Part shown: positions 1 to 10,503 of the stretch, piece by piece | Layout of the letters: every line of letters starts with the position of its first letter | Position numbering within the stretch: the stretch's first letter is position 1 | Source of the DNA: an uncultured Planctomycetota bacterium | Lineage (GTDB): Bacteria; Planctomycetota; Planctomycetia; Isosphaerales; Isosphaeraceae | DNA: 64,000 nucleotides | Assembly: GCA_963823665.1 (NCBI GenBank) | Contig: CAWGMQ010000011.1 | Coordinates: 736,001-800,000, forward strand | Reading direction: 5' to 3' | Translations under genes and position numbers: made by a program | Notes under the pieces: model-generated | What the model saw: the letters and a program-made list of their open reading frames with translations, nothing else | What the model was told of the DNA's origin: nothing | The model's database searches: none

Positions 1-1
1 C

Positions 2-1189
2 GGCGCGGTTCTTACAGTGGCGTTCAGCCCGGATGGCCAGCGCCTGGCGTCGGGAAGCGAGGACAAGACCGTGAAGATCTGGGATTGCGCGACCGGCAAG
101 GAGATGTTCCCACTCACGGGCCATGCCGGTTGGGTCGCGTGCGTGGCGTTCAGCCCGGATGGCCAGCGGCTGGCGTCGGCAAGCGGTGACCAGACGGTGA
201 AGATCTGGGACAGCGCGACCGGCAAGGAACTATTGGCCCTCAAGGTCCATGCCGGTAGCGTCACCAGCGTGGCGTTCAGCCCGGACGGCCAGCGCCTGGC
301 GTCGACGAGCCTTGACCAGACGGTGAACATCTGGGACATGGCGACCGGCAAGGAGCTATTTGCCCTCAAGGGCCATGCCGGTTGGGTCAGGAGCGTGGCG
401 TTCAGCCCGGACGGCCAGCGCCTGGCGTCGGCGGGCATTGATAAGACGGTAAGGATCTGGGACAGCGCCACCGGCAAGGAGCTATCCGCTCTCAAGGGCC
501 ATGCCGGTGCGGTCGTGACTGTGGCGTTCAGCCCGGATGGCCGGCGCCTGGCATCCGGGAGCCAAGACGGCTCGATCAACCTTTGGGAGACAACGAGCGC
601 CTCTCGCGAAATCCAGCAACGTCGGGCGACCAATCAAATGGTGGCCGATCTCTTCGGACAGATGCACCTGCGTGCCGACGTCCTGGAGCGGTTGCGAACT
701 CTGCGCGGCATCAGTCTGTCCCGCAGGCAGAACGTCCTCGACGTCGCCCAGACGTACCCCGAAAATCCAATCCAGCTCAATGAGCTGGCCTGGGAATTGG
801 TAAGGTTGCCCGGCCGCGACATGCCGGGCTACCAGAAGGCCCTACGCTTCATCGAGGAAGCCTGTCAACTCGAACCCAAGAACGGCTATTACTTGAACAC
901 GCTGGGCGTGACTTATTATCGGCTCGGCAGTTATGAAAAAGCGCTGGACGCGCTCTCGCGCTCGGACAAGATCAACACTCTCCAAGACAATGGCTCACAC
1001 CCGCTGGACATCGCCTTCCTCGCCATGACGCACCATCAACTCGGCCACGCCACGGAAGCCCAGGCCGAGCTCCAGCGGCTGCGGGAGCGGATGAACGATT
1101 CGCGGTGGGCTCAGAATTCCGGAGCTCAAGGTTTCCTTCGCGAAGCGGAGGCACTGCTTGCAAAACCCAAGCCGCCCGGCAGCGAGTAG
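2..1189 (+). CDS. WD40-repeat plus TPR protein, 5' partial (probably the C-terminus of a planctomycete Ser/Thr kinase)
   Basis: Five GH..VAFSPDGQRLAS..D.TV.IWD WD40 units at a 126-nt period, followed by a TPR-like segment (LNELAW..YLNTLGVTYYRLG). The frame is open at the window start. Confidence 0.85.
   Translation, partial: GAVLTVAFSPDGQRLASGSEDKTVKIWDCATGKEMFPLTGHAGWVACVAFSPDGQRLASASGDQTVKIWDSATGKELLALKVHAGSVTSVAFSPDGQRLASTSLDQTVNIWDMATGKELFALKGHAGWVRSVAFSPDGQRLASAGIDKTVRIWDSATGKELSALKGHAGAVVTVAFSPDGRRLASGSQDGSINLWETTSASREIQQRRATNQMVADLFGQMHLRADVLERLRTLRGISLSRRQNVLDVAQTYPENPIQLNELAWELVRLPGRDMPGYQKALRFIEEACQLEPKNGYYLNTLGVTYYRLGSYEKALDALSRSDKINTLQDNGSHPLDIAFLAMTHHQLGHATEAQAELQRLRERMNDSRWAQNSGAQGFLREAEALLAKPKPPGSE
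17..590 (+). repeat. 126-nt tandem WD40-coding repeats
   Basis: GTGGCGTTCAGCCCGGA recurs at 17, 143, 269, 395 and 521. Confidence 0.9.
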
Positions 1190-1399
1190 ACGGTTGTGGG
1201 CGGCCTGAGTAACGTCTCGAGCGCTTCCGAGTGGAATCAGTCCAAGTCTCCGCAAAGCACCAAAGGATTCTGATAGCGCATCCGGGTCGTAGCGGTCCGT
1301 TACACAGCCGCCTGCTTCGGCAGGTCAGCCGAGCTGCTCCGGAACGCCTGCGAAGATTAATCTGGACTCTCTTGCGACCAGGGTACATCATCTGCAGAA

Positions 1400-3031
1400 A
1401 TGGAACAAATGACGAAATCGACCACAGCTCTGATCGGTTTCCTGATCGGATGCTTCGGTCCCGCGCTTACAGCCGTCGCGGACGATCGGCCGAATATCGT
1501 CGTCGTGCTCGTCGACGACATGGGATTCTCCGACATCGGCCCCTACGGCGGCGAGGTCCCGACGCCCAATCTCGACCGGCTTGCCGCTCGCGGAGTTCGT
1601 TTCACGCAGGCTTACAACGCGGCGCGGTGCAGCCCCACGCGGGCGTCGCTGTTGACGGGCCTCTATCCGCACCAGGCCGGAATGGGCTGGCTCGATGATC
1701 GGGTCGAGGCGAATTCGAAAGGCATTCGCGGCCGCCTCCTGCCCAGAGCGGTGACGATCGCCGAAGTCCTCCGCGACGCCGGCTACTTCACGGCGATGAC
1801 GGGCAAGTGGCACCTCGGTCAACAGCACGGTTGCACTCCCTGGAACCGAGGCTTCGATCGCTCGCTGAATTCGCGATTCGGCGAGGTCTACTTCCCCAGC
1901 GAGTCGGACAGGCCGGGCACGGCGACTCTCTACCTCGACGGCAAGGAGCTTCCCAAGGATTCGCCCATCTTCGGCAACGACTGGTACTCGACCGACCTCT
2001 TCACGGAGTGGGGTCTGAAAGTCGTTGACCAGGCGCGAGCGGAGAACAAGCCCTTCTTTCTCTACATCGCGCAAGGCGCTCTGCATTTTCCGCTTCGTGC
2101 GCCGGCGGAGACCATCGCGAAATATCGAGGCCGATACCTGAAAGGCTGGGACGTGCTCCGCGACCAGCGTTACGCGAAACAGCTTGCGCTGAGGGTGATC
2201 GACCCGAACTGGACGCTCGCCCCGCGCCCGCCGGAGGTGCCGGCCTGGGAGTCGCGGGCCGTCGAGCGGCAGAAGCGCTTCGACGAGATCATGGCGGTTT
2301 ACGCCGCGATGATCGAACGGATCGACATGGCCATGGGCACCCTGGTTGACGGACTGGAGCGCCGGAAAGTTCTGGATAACACGCTGATCCTATTCCTGAG
2401 CGACAACGGCGGCAATGCGGAGGGCGGTCCGCCGGGCGTCACGCGGGGCGACGGGCCGATCGGCGGGCCGCAATCGTACGTACTGCTCGGGATGAATTGG
2501 GCGACACTGGCGAACACCCCGTTTCGTCGCTTTAAGCACTTCACTCACGAGGGAGGCATCAGCACGCCGCTCATCGCTCATTGGCCGGCAGGCATTCCGG
2601 CGGAGCGCCGTGGCGCCCTCGAGAATCAGCCTGTGCACCTGATCGACGTCATGGCGACCGCCGTCGATCTCGCCGGCACCTCGTACCCTCGTGAGTTCCG
2701 CGGCAATGCCATCGAGCCGATGCAGGGTGTCAGCCTTCGGCCCGCATTCCTTGGAAAGCCGCTGGCCCGCACAGAGCCGATCTTCTGGGAGCACGAGGGA
2801 AACAAAGCGGTGCGCGACGGGAAATGGAAGCTGGTCCTCCGTCACCGACAGTCCTGGCAGCTTTTCGACATGGAGGCCGACCGAACCGAACAACACGATC
2901 TGGCGCAGCAACAGCCGGAGCGAATCACCAAGCTCGAAGCCGCCTGGAACGCCTGGGCTCGGCGAACCTTCGTTGACGACTGGCCCGGTCCTGATCATAC
3001 AGAATGGGGAGATGACATCAAACCACGCTAG
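1400..3031 (+). CDS. Arylsulfatase (formylglycine-dependent, Cys-type)
   Basis: Signal-peptide-like N-terminus, PNIVVVLVDDMG, CSPTR motif, GKWHLG, SDNG. Confidence 0.95.
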   Translation: MEQMTKSTTALIGFLIGCFGPALTAVADDRPNIVVVLVDDMGFSDIGPYGGEVPTPNLDRLAARGVRFTQAYNAARCSPTRASLLTGLYPHQAGMGWLDDRVEANSKGIRGRLLPRAVTIAEVLRDAGYFTAMTGKWHLGQQHGCTPWNRGFDRSLNSRFGEVYFPSESDRPGTATLYLDGKELPKDSPIFGNDWYSTDLFTEWGLKVVDQARAENKPFFLYIAQGALHFPLRAPAETIAKYRGRYLKGWDVLRDQRYAKQLALRVIDPNWTLAPRPPEVPAWESRAVERQKRFDEIMAVYAAMIERIDMAMGTLVDGLERRKVLDNTLILFLSDNGGNAEGGPPGVTRGDGPIGGPQSYVLLGMNWATLANTPFRRFKHFTHEGGISTPLIAHWPAGIPAERRGALENQPVHLIDVMATAVDLAGTSYPREFRGNAIEPMQGVSLRPAFLGKPLARTEPIFWEHEGNKAVRDGKWKLVLRHRQSWQLFDMEADRTEQHDLAQQQPERITKLEAAWNAWARRTFVDDWPGPDHTEWGDDIKPR

Positions 3032-3038
3032 CTTGTGC

Positions 3039-3461
3039 TCACCTGTGCGTCAGCCTGTTCATTTCTTCGTCGTCCGCGCCGAACCAGCAGAGTGCCTCGC
3101 TGATGGCCGTCAACAGGCTGAGGAACTCGATGGCCGCCTTGGGCCATCGCCTGGCATCTTTGGGAAACGTGTCCAACCACTCGTTGATCTCGCCACTGCG
3201 AGGAGCCACTGCGCGGGCAAAGGCCCGGATGTCCTCCTCGGGCGTCTTCTCGAAGTAGTCGCGCCGCGTGATGTCGCACGAGATGGCCCATCGTTCCACA
3301 TTCGGGATCAGGTCCCGCAGGTGTGGCGGCACCTCTTCCGGATTGACGACGATCCTCGGACGGTTCTCGGCATACCAGCCATATTTCCGTTGCATCTCGT
3401 CGCCAGGTCCGACGTCAAACTCGTGTCGTCCTTCGCCGTTGATCACCCGTTCCCTCCGCAT
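3039..3461 (-). CDS. Hypothetical protein (~140 aa)
   Basis: Protein-like ORF (MRRERVINGEG...VPPHLRDLIPNVERWAISCD...) filling the gap downstream of the sigma gene. Start codon uncertain. Confidence 0.65.
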   Translation of the reverse strand: MRRERVINGEGRHEFDVGPGDEMQRKYGWYAENRPRIVVNPEEVPPHLRDLIPNVERWAISCDITRRDYFEKTPEEDIRAFARAVAPRSGEINEWLDTFPKDARRWPKAAIEFLSLLTAISEALCWFGADDEEMNRLTHR

Positions 3462-3504
3462 AGAGGACCTGCCGATTGCCTGGCTCGCGCAACGCCGTCT
3501 GATT

Positions 3505-4791
3505 TTAACTCGCCCCACCGCCACCCGCCAACCGCGCCGCCTGCATGAGAAGATACGCGCGCTCGGCAAGGTTCCCGGTCCTCGCTCCGGCCCTCCGATA
3601 GTGCCGCGCCGCGTCGTCCCGGTCACCGGCCAGTTCCAGCAGATGTGCTCGAACCGCGTCCAGCCGGTGATGTTCCGCGACACGTGTGTCCGCGCTGAGT
3701 GCATCCAGCAATTCCAGCCCATGCGCCGCGCCGTGCACCATCGCCGCAGCAATCGCGTGATTCAACCGCACCATCGGGTTGTCAGTCATCCTCAGCAGAA
3801 GACTGTAGAGCGCCAGAATCTGCGGCCAATCGGTATCCTCCACCCGTGCCGCTTCATCGTGAACGGCAGCGATGGCGGCCTGCAACTGATACGGGCCAAC
3901 CGAACCTTTGGGCAACGTCGCCGAGAGCAGCGAGATTCCCTCCGCGATTTGCTGGCTGTCCCAGAGCGCTCGATCCTGCTGCGCCAGCGGGATCAGCTCG
4001 CCGCTGGCCCCCGTTCGCGCCAGGCGGCGAGCATCCGTCAACAACATGAGCGCGAGCAATCCGGCGACTTCCGTATCGCCCGGTTGTAGATCGTGGAGCA
4101 GCCGAGCCAGGCGGATTGCCTCGTGCGACAGATCGCCTCGGCGAAGCTCGCTCCCAGCCGTGCTTGTATAACCCTCGTTGAAAATGAGGTACAGGATGTG
4201 CAGCATGGCGCGGAGACGTTGCCCTCGCTGCTCCGCAGTGGGAAGCTCGAACGGAAGCTCGGAGCGCTCTATCGTTTGCTTCGCCCGGCTGATTCGCTGG
4301 GCCATCGTGGCCTCGGGTACGAAGAACGCCTTGGCGATCTCCGCCGTGGTCAAGCCGCCCACGGCTCGCAAGGTCAGCGCGATCGCCGACGCAGCGCTCA
4401 AGGCCGGATGGCAGCACATGAATAGCAGCACCAGCGTGTCATCCTCTTGGGGTGCCGATGAGTCGTACGCCGGCTCTGACAGGTGAGCCGCTTGCACGGC
4501 AAAATCGCACTCGCGTCGCCGGCGTGCCGAGTCGCTTCGAACCTGATCGGCCATCGACCGGAACGAAACCTGGGTGAGCCAGGCGTGGGGATTCTCCGGT
4601 ACGCCTTCCCTCGGCCACTGCACCGCTGCCGCCAGCGCCGCCTCCTGAACGGCGTCTTCAGCACCGGGGAAATCGTGGAATCTTCGGACAACCGTCGCGA
4701 GCACCTTCGGGATCAACGTTCGTAACAGATCCTCGATCGTAATGACCGACGGTTGTCCCGCTGTCGAAGCATTTGGCGGTGTCATGCTCAT
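3505..4791 (-). CDS. ECF sigma factor with long C-terminal TPR-like extension (ECF42-like)
   Basis: AEDAVQEA region 2, FMCCHPAL, LRAVGGLTTAEIAKAF, YLIFNEGY, GPYQLQAAIAAVH. Lies in a same-strand run with a YCII/DGPF gene. Confidence 0.9.
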   Translation of the reverse strand: MSMTPPNASTAGQPSVITIEDLLRTLIPKVLATVVRRFHDFPGAEDAVQEAALAAAVQWPREGVPENPHAWLTQVSFRSMADQVRSDSARRRRECDFAVQAAHLSEPAYDSSAPQEDDTLVLLFMCCHPALSAASAIALTLRAVGGLTTAEIAKAFFVPEATMAQRISRAKQTIERSELPFELPTAEQRGQRLRAMLHILYLIFNEGYTSTAGSELRRGDLSHEAIRLARLLHDLQPGDTEVAGLLALMLLTDARRLARTGASGELIPLAQQDRALWDSQQIAEGISLLSATLPKGSVGPYQLQAAIAAVHDEAARVEDTDWPQILALYSLLLRMTDNPMVRLNHAIAAAMVHGAAHGLELLDALSADTRVAEHHRLDAVRAHLLELAGDRDDAARHYRRAGARTGNLAERAYLLMQAARLAGGGGAS

Positions 4792-4804
4792 CAGAAGCTC
4801 CCGT

Positions 4805-5527
4805 TCAAATGTGCAAAGCCGAACGATGGCTTGCTGGCGCTCCCGCCGAGAGACCATCGGGACAACCCTTGCCGTCGCTGTTGTGACCTCGCAGTCGGAT
4901 CGCACGCCACGCAACAAACATCACCCAGGTGCAGTAGTTCACGATCAAAATCCTGTTGGGCCACCCGATCGGCACTCTGGGTACGCCAGGCTTGGGACGC
5001 AGAGTAAAGAAAGCGGCGACCATCAAGGCCAGGCTTACCCATGTTAGACAAGCGATCGCAAGCATCGCGTGTCGTGAAGACCGCCATGGTTGCGTGCGAC
5101 CGAGACTCACGCTGATCAGCATCGCAGCGATCGGCAGAGTGGGAATACCAAGGGCTCCCGCCAGATTGTGAGGCACGGGCCGCGTCAGATCAAATACGGA
5201 AGCCATGGCTTGCCCCAAGCCGGCAACAACGAGAAAGGCCAACCCGATCTGACCGCCACGCGTCGTGACGTGCGACCGTATCGCGAAGGCCAGCCCCCAG
5301 GAGCTTGTAGCCCAGGCAAGAAACATCACTGAAAGTGCCCACCCATGACGTCCCAGAGCATATTCACTCACGACACGCCACGTCGGATCAAACTCGGGGC
5401 TGAGCACATGCAAACCCACCAGACAGACAACTGTTGTCACGGACGCAGTTAGCGAGAGAACCGCTGCCCAGGCTGCGATCGTGCGCCGGTCTCCCTTGGA
5501 ACCGGCCTCGTTTGCGAATGTGTGCAT
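4805..5527 (-). CDS. DUF998-like membrane protein
   Basis: Multiple TM helices, LHVLSPEFDPTWRVVSEYALG, GWPNRI. Start overlaps the upstream stop (TGATG). Confidence 0.75.
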   Translation of the reverse strand: MHTFANEAGSKGDRRTIAAWAAVLSLTASVTTVVCLVGLHVLSPEFDPTWRVVSEYALGRHGWALSVMFLAWATSSWGLAFAIRSHVTTRGGQIGLAFLVVAGLGQAMASVFDLTRPVPHNLAGALGIPTLPIAAMLISVSLGRTQPWRSSRHAMLAIACLTWVSLALMVAAFFTLRPKPGVPRVPIGWPNRILIVNYCTWVMFVAWRAIRLRGHNSDGKGCPDGLSAGAPASHRSALHI

Positions 5528-5922
5528 CACAGCCACTCCTTTGGTGCCGTGGCCAGGACTTCCCTCACCTCGATGGGCATGCTTCCAGTCGTGCCCCCCG
5601 GACCGGGTGCCGCCGAAGCCCGCGCGGCGATGCTGTACGCCTCCTCCGCGGTCTCCACGTCGATAATCCAGAAACCAGCGAGAAACTCCTTGGCTTCGGG
5701 GAAAACCCCATCCGTGACAGGCTCGCCGTTGCGGCCTGAACGAACAACCTTGGCTTGATCGGGCGACGCCAGGCCATGAGTCGCCACGAACACTCCCGCC
5801 TCCTTGAGCTCCTCTGTAAACGCACGCATGAAAGTCATGTTCGCCAGCATGTCCTCCTTGGGCCATTTGAAGAAAGCGTCCCAATCGGCCTTCGTACCAT
5901 GCATCATCAGAATGTACTTCAT
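5527..5922 (-). CDS. YCII-related (DGPF-type) protein
   Basis: MKYILMM...VTDGVFPEAKEFLAGFWIIDV...IEVREV, the typical ECF42 partner. Confidence 0.9.
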   Translation of the reverse strand: MKYILMMHGTKADWDAFFKWPKEDMLANMTFMRAFTEELKEAGVFVATHGLASPDQAKVVRSGRNGEPVTDGVFPEAKEFLAGFWIIDVETAEEAYSIAARASAAPGPGGTTGSMPIEVREVLATAPKEWL

Positions 5923-5974
5923 GGCTCCGGGTCCTTTGTATTCTGGGCTCGAAAAATTCCTGGTTACCGTGATG

Positions 5975-6003
5975 GAGTCGGATCCGATTCCAGGTTCTCG
6001 ACA
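5975..6003 (-). promoter_or_regulatory. Putative ECF42-type promoter TGTCGA-N17-CGACTC
   Basis: Minus strand reads TGTCGA gaacctggaatcggatc CGACTC about 50 nt upstream of the YCII start, matching the TGTCGA...CGA consensus known for ECF42. Confidence 0.7.
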
Positions 6004-6145
6004 TCGCTGGAAGTTTTTTTCTCGGGGTGCCTTCGTGCGGACGAACGTTCGCGGCCCCACACGAGCGCGACGAGGGCCGCCACGAATCCGACGATGAGAC
6101 CGGTGATGCGCGGGCCGCACCCCACGCGCCCGACCTCGCTAAAGC

Positions 6146-9030
6146 TCAATGTTTGGCATCGCCCGCTGGAGCTTGCAGCTCTTTGATAATTCGCTGAAAG
6201 TCCGGCTTGGAGCGGATGCCGTCGAGGTCCGGATCGACCTTCAGCCGTTCGACGTCCCGCCACCCGCCCTGGCTGCCGCGTCGAATGGCGGCGATAGCTT
6301 CATCGGCGTAGGTGCGCGCGCGCACGGGATCGAGCTTCTCTGCGGCGCCGGCGCAAATCGCCAGGCCGCACGCGACCTCGACGTACGTCCCGGCCGCATT
6401 CGCCGGCAGACTCTTGATCGTGCTGCGGGCGATTAGAGCAGCCTCGACGTGCTCCCCGCACCGAGCCAGCGCCAGCATCAAATTGATCCGCGCAGTTCGC
6501 GCTTTCGGATCACGGGCCAGCTCCCGGCGCATGTCGCGGCACAGGCGGTACGACTGCATCGACGCGTCGTTCTCGCCGAGCCGAAGCAGCGCCGTCGCGA
6601 GGTAGTAGTGGGCAGTCGCCACGTCGCTGCGGTAGATGGCGCTCTCTGGGTCGCGCGGCAGGAGCGCAGAGAAGCCGTCGACGGCTTTCTGGTAGTAGTT
6701 GCGGGCGGTCTTCGGGTCGTTGAGCTGGAGCAAGGCGATGTGCCCGAAATCCTCGTACGACCGATAGATGTCGCGCAGGTTTGGCACGTTATCCGGCCCG
6801 TCCGCGGCGAGCGCCTGCCGAATCTCGAAAGAGCGTTGGAAGTGCTGGCGTGCCCGGTCAAGATCCCCCTGGCTCAAGCAGATGTGGCCCAGTTTTTCGT
6901 GCAGGCCCGAAAGCTCCCGCCGCACCTCGAAGAGGCTGCGCACCGGCTCGGGGATCGATTCGCGCACCCGCACCTCCTCGTCGAAATACGTTCGGGCCTC
7001 GGCCGTCCGGCCTCGGCGCAGCACGGTCGTGCCCAGCGCCCCAGCGCATTCGCGACACTGCGAAGTCGGCCGCCATCCTCCGGAGCCTTCGCCAGCAGAT
7101 CGCGGTACAGTCGCAGTGACTTCTGGAAGTTGCCCTCGGCCGCCTCCATGTTGCCGAGTGAGTAGAGCTGGTAGTGGCCCAGCGCGCCCTTGCCGATCGC
7201 GAGGGTCAAGAGGAAATTGTCGTCCTCCGCGCCGTATCTGGTCGCCAGGCTTTCCAGGATGCGATCCATCTCGGCGAACGGTTTTGCCGCCTCCGAGACT
7301 CGGCCGATCGAGACCAGCGTCTCGGCTGCCTGCTTGTAGATGCCAGCCATCGCTCGATCGATCACTCGGGTGTTTTTCTCGTCGGCGCGCACTGCCTCAT
7401 ACAGCGGCTTCATCTGCTGAAGCGAGTCTTCCAGGCCCCGCTTGACCTGCTCGAGCAGGCGGAGCTGGACCTGCTCCGTGCCGGGAATGCCCTGCAGGTC
7501 CTCGGACGAAGTCCTGCCAAAGCTGCGCCACGCGTTGATCGTCTCCATGTTCTGGTCCAGTGCCTTGGCGAGGTTGGCACGAGCCTCTTCCGTCTTCTGC
7601 TCTGCAATCTTTCGGGCGGCAAGCGCGGCTTCCTTCTGAGTCTCCGCGACGCCTTGCGCCTCACGGGCGGCGCGCTCAGCGCGCTCAGCGGCGATTCGTC
7701 GTTCATCCGCGACGCGCTTCGCCTCGGATTCACTCGCGAGTGATGAATTCAGGCGCGCGTTCTTGTCGCCCAGAATCCTGGCCGAAATGGCGAGCGTGGC
7801 TATGATGGTGATGAGCAGCAGCATAACCACGGCGATCGCCGCCGCATCGCGCGGGTGCCGCCAGGCCCAGCGCCAGAGGCGTTCGGGGGCCGAGACGGGT
7901 CGCGCCAGAATCGGCGCGCCTTCGAGGAACCGGCGCAGGTCGTCGGCCAGGGCACCGGCGTCGGGATAACGTCGTGCGGGTTCCTTCTGAAGGCACTTCA
8001 GGCAGACGGTTTCAAGGTCGCGGGGAACCTTGGGCTGAAGCTGTGAGGGAGGCAGAGGCTCGCGGTTGCGAACAAGGTCGAGGGTCTCGAACATCGTCGT
8101 CCCCTGGTGAGGGGGGCGGCCGGTGAGCATGACATAAAGGATGGCACCCAGAGAGTAGAGATCGGCGGCCGGCCCCGCCTCGTGAGTCAGGCCGTGCGCC
8201 TGCTCAGGCGCCATGAAACTCGGAGTGCCCAGGATCGAGCCGCTGCGGGTCTGCCCCGAGTCGGTCTCCAGGCGACGGGCCAGGCCGAAGTCGGTGATCT
8301 TCGGCCGGCCGGCGGAGGTCAAGAGCACATTGGCCGGCTTGAGGTCTCGGTGGACGATCCCCCGCGCGTGCGCCGCTTGCATGGCGCGGGCGAGGGCTTC
8401 CGCGATCTCAGCGGCCCACCTCGGGTCCTGCGGCCTGCCGCCCAGCCGCGCGTCGAGCGAGCCGCCGTCGACGTATTCGAGGGAAAAGTAGGGGAGGCTG
8501 TTCGTCTCGCCGATATCGAAGATCTGAATGATGTCGGGATTTTGAAGCGTGGCGACAGCCCGCGCCTCGGTGAGAAATCGCGCCACCTGCTCGGGGCCGG
8601 CATGCGAGCCGGCCAGGATCACCTTGAGCGCGACGATGCGGTTGAGCAGCGTGTGCTCGGCCTTGTAAACCACGCCCATGCCGCCGCGACCAAGTTCGCC
8701 GAGGATGCGATAGTTAGGAATGTTGATATGCCCGAAATCCGGGTCGAATTCCCCAGTCTCCGGATTGCAGGGCAGCGTATCGCGGCCCGATTCAGGGCCT
8801 GCGGCGACGGTCGGCGAGTCCGGATCGAGCTCGGTCTCGGCGCCTGCCGTGACGCCGAGCGTGGCGTCGGGGTCGTTGACGTCAAGTGACGCCTCGCATG
8901 GAGCACCCGTGGCCTCAAGCGCGCGTGCGAAGCCAGTGGTGGCGGCCGGCGAGGGAGACGCCGCGGTCGGGCCCACGGAAGACGGAGCGGCGGTCTCCTT
9001 GTCGTTCGCAAAGTTCTGCGGGTCGTCCAT
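6146..9030 (-). CDS. Ser/Thr protein kinase with TM helix, coiled coil and TPR repeats (one frameshift near 7040)
   Basis: GRGGMG, VALK, HRDLKPAN, DFG, APE in 6874..9030 and TPRs in 6146..7024. One extra G in a GGGG run joins them (VANALG-ALGTTVL). Confidence 0.9.
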
Positions 9031-9048
9031 CGCGGCCTCTTAGTGAGA

Positions 9049-10267
9049 TCAAAAGTAAGACAGCCATCCGCCAGGATGCCGCGCCCTGACCCCGGCGAAC
9101 CAGCGGCACGGGACGTATAGCACGGCGACCATCACGGCCCAGGCGATGTAGATCCCCGGGAGGCTCAGCTCCCAGCCCGCCGGAGGCTTGTCTAGCGCTG
9201 CCGGCGAGAACATCCACGCGACCGGCAATCCCCGCACCAGAGCCAGAAGCACGGCAAGCCCGTGGATCACGTACCATTGCAAGAGGTAATACAACAGCGG
9301 CACGCGCCCCAGCGTCACGACGGCACGGCCGAGCGGGCCGCGGATGCCCACCCGATCGATCACCGCCAGGGCCGCGATCGCCGGGCCAAGCGTCATCAGC
9401 ACGTACAGCAAAGACGGTGGTTGTTTCGTGCAGTTGATGAACGAGAGCGCCGTCAGCAGCGGAGTCGCCTCCGCCGTCCACGGGCTCGGTTCGCCATACC
9501 CGCCCCACGCCCGCAGAACCAGGAACGCCGCGGTCATGCCGCCGCCCGTGATCCTCATCACCCGCCGCCTGAGGCCTGGCTCGAGCCGGATGACCTCGCC
9601 GAAGCCATACCCCGCGGCGACCACCCCCAGCCAGGGAAGGAGCGGGTAGGCGACAACCACGGTCACGCCATCCGGCAGCGGCAACAATCCCCGTTGCAGC
9701 AGGAGCGCCACGGCCGCTCGCAACGCGGCGGGGCTCTCGGAACCCGGCGATAAGTCGCCGGCCAGGCCGTGCGTCGCGATGAGCAGCACCCCGATCGCCC
9801 CAACCACCCGGCTCGGAAGGAAGATCAGCCCGGCCAGCACCACGAATGAGGCCCCGATGGACCATAGAACGGTCAAGATCACCGGGGCGTTCACCGGGTC
9901 GAAAAACAGGCCGAGTCGGACGACCGTCACTTCGAGGAAGATCAACCATAGCCCGCGCGAAATGAGAAACACCGCAAGCTCGCCCCGCGACCGGCCCCGG
10001 GAGCCCATCGGATAGGCGCCTGTCCCCGCGAGGAAGGCAAACACCGGCGCAGAAGTGTGTGACCCATCGTGTCATGAAGAGCGCCGGACTCGCAAGCGAC
10101 AGGTCTGTGGGGTTGATCGACGCGTTGCCGAAATAGTCGCGGGTGTGATCGAGCACCATCAAGATCATCACGGCCCCGCGCAAGAAATCGACGGCGTCCA
10201 CACGTCGGGCCGCCCGCGCCTTGATGGCGTTTGCGTCGTCCGGTGGCTCGCCCGGCTCAATCGACAT
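9049..10267 (-). CDS. DUF1624 / HGSNAT-like membrane acyltransferase (frameshift near 10050)
   Basis: VDFLRGAVMILMVLDHTRD...RWVTHFCA, continuing in another frame as FAFLAG...KQPPSLLYVLMTLG. Confidence 0.85.
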
Positions 10268-10503
10268 CGCAATCCTCCTTTCCGCCAATCAAGCTGGATC
10301 GTTGCACGGACCATTCCGAGGGTACCACTCTCGCGGGGACGACCATGACCAGGAGATTCGCCGCGGTCTGGCGATTCCCGACGCGGCCTCGTGCGGCGGA
10401 ATATAAGATTCTCGTGATGCTACCCAAACATCGCGGCGCCGGCCAGCGGCGCGACCTTCTCGCGTGCCGTCGCCGACGGGGCCGGAATGGTCCTTCCGCT
10501 CGT

